A stretch of DNA of 63,984 nucleotides, counting the filler, from Octopus bimaculoides (Eukaryota): NCBI RefSeq assembly GCF_001194135.2. It is 5 parts of 5 records of this genome, joined end to end, with 100 filler letters (N's around TTAATTAATTAA, not from the genome) between each part and the next. Parts side by side here need not be neighbours in the genome. Positions count along the whole stretch, not along the records: positions 62,958 to 63,984 come from NW_026386659.1; 4 more parts are not named here. One strand, given 5' to 3'. Each line of letters begins with the position of its first letter. Within the stretch, counting starts at the first letter, position 1. Under the pieces are notes generated by a model. That model did not search any database. It was given only the letters and a program-made list of their open reading frames with translations, and was not told the DNA's origin. This document shows, piece by piece, positions 63,628 to 63,984 of the stretch. The position numbers were made by a program, and so were the translations under genes.

Positions 63628-63984
63628 GTGTGTTATATATATATATATATAACATAAACACATGTGGTGTCTGTGAGTGTGTGTGCTGCATGTATGTATG
63701 TATATGTATGTCTAGATGTGTGCGTATGTATAAAGATGTGTGCGTATGCACACACACACACACACACACATATACATACATATGCATGTGTAGATGTGAA
63801 TGGATGTGTATACACATACACACATATACACACACATGCATACAGAAGTGCACAACCATATATTGATATACGGTTATTCGCATGTGCATATATAAATATT
63901 GCTGGGTGTAAATGAATATGTATGTACAGGTATATTTATACACACACACACAAAAATACATACATCACTCTCTCCTATATATAT

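Overview
AT-rich, microsatellite-saturated animal genomic DNA. The SINE families and repeat style point to an octopus (inference). It is a draft assembly with many N gaps. Four identical 100-bp spacers (44 N + TTAATTAATTAA + 44 N) split it into five blocks (1-28095, 28196-41128, 41229-55813, 55914-62857, 62958-63984) whose relative order is not guaranteed. Two host genes are partly present, both on the + strand. Five phase-compatible internal exons encode a CEP350-like centrosomal protein (42379-54928, all in block 3). Two exons encode part of atypical protein kinase C (57127-57177 and 59294-59379, block 4: end of the PB1 region, pseudosubstrate, start of C1). The rest is mostly decayed transposons: Tc1 (DD34E, with an apparent intron), mariner (DD34D), maT (DD37D), a FLYWCH-MULE fossil, piggyBac-type MITEs, Penelope-like elements, R4/Dong-type REL LINE ends on (TAA)n, an RTE end and at least four SINE-like families. 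There are three main leads. (1) Five hammerhead-ribozyme motifs, including a tRNA-headed short element carrying a hammerhead and a head-to-head double-hammerhead fold-back inserted with a target duplication into a Penelope RT. (2) A candidate alternative first exon in aPKC intron 4, the intron used for mammalian PKMzeta. (3) An in-frame CEP350/aPKC juxtaposition that crosses a scaffold join and is probably an artefact. All calls are by eye; no searches or folding were run. Transposon boundaries without TIR or TSD support are approximate.
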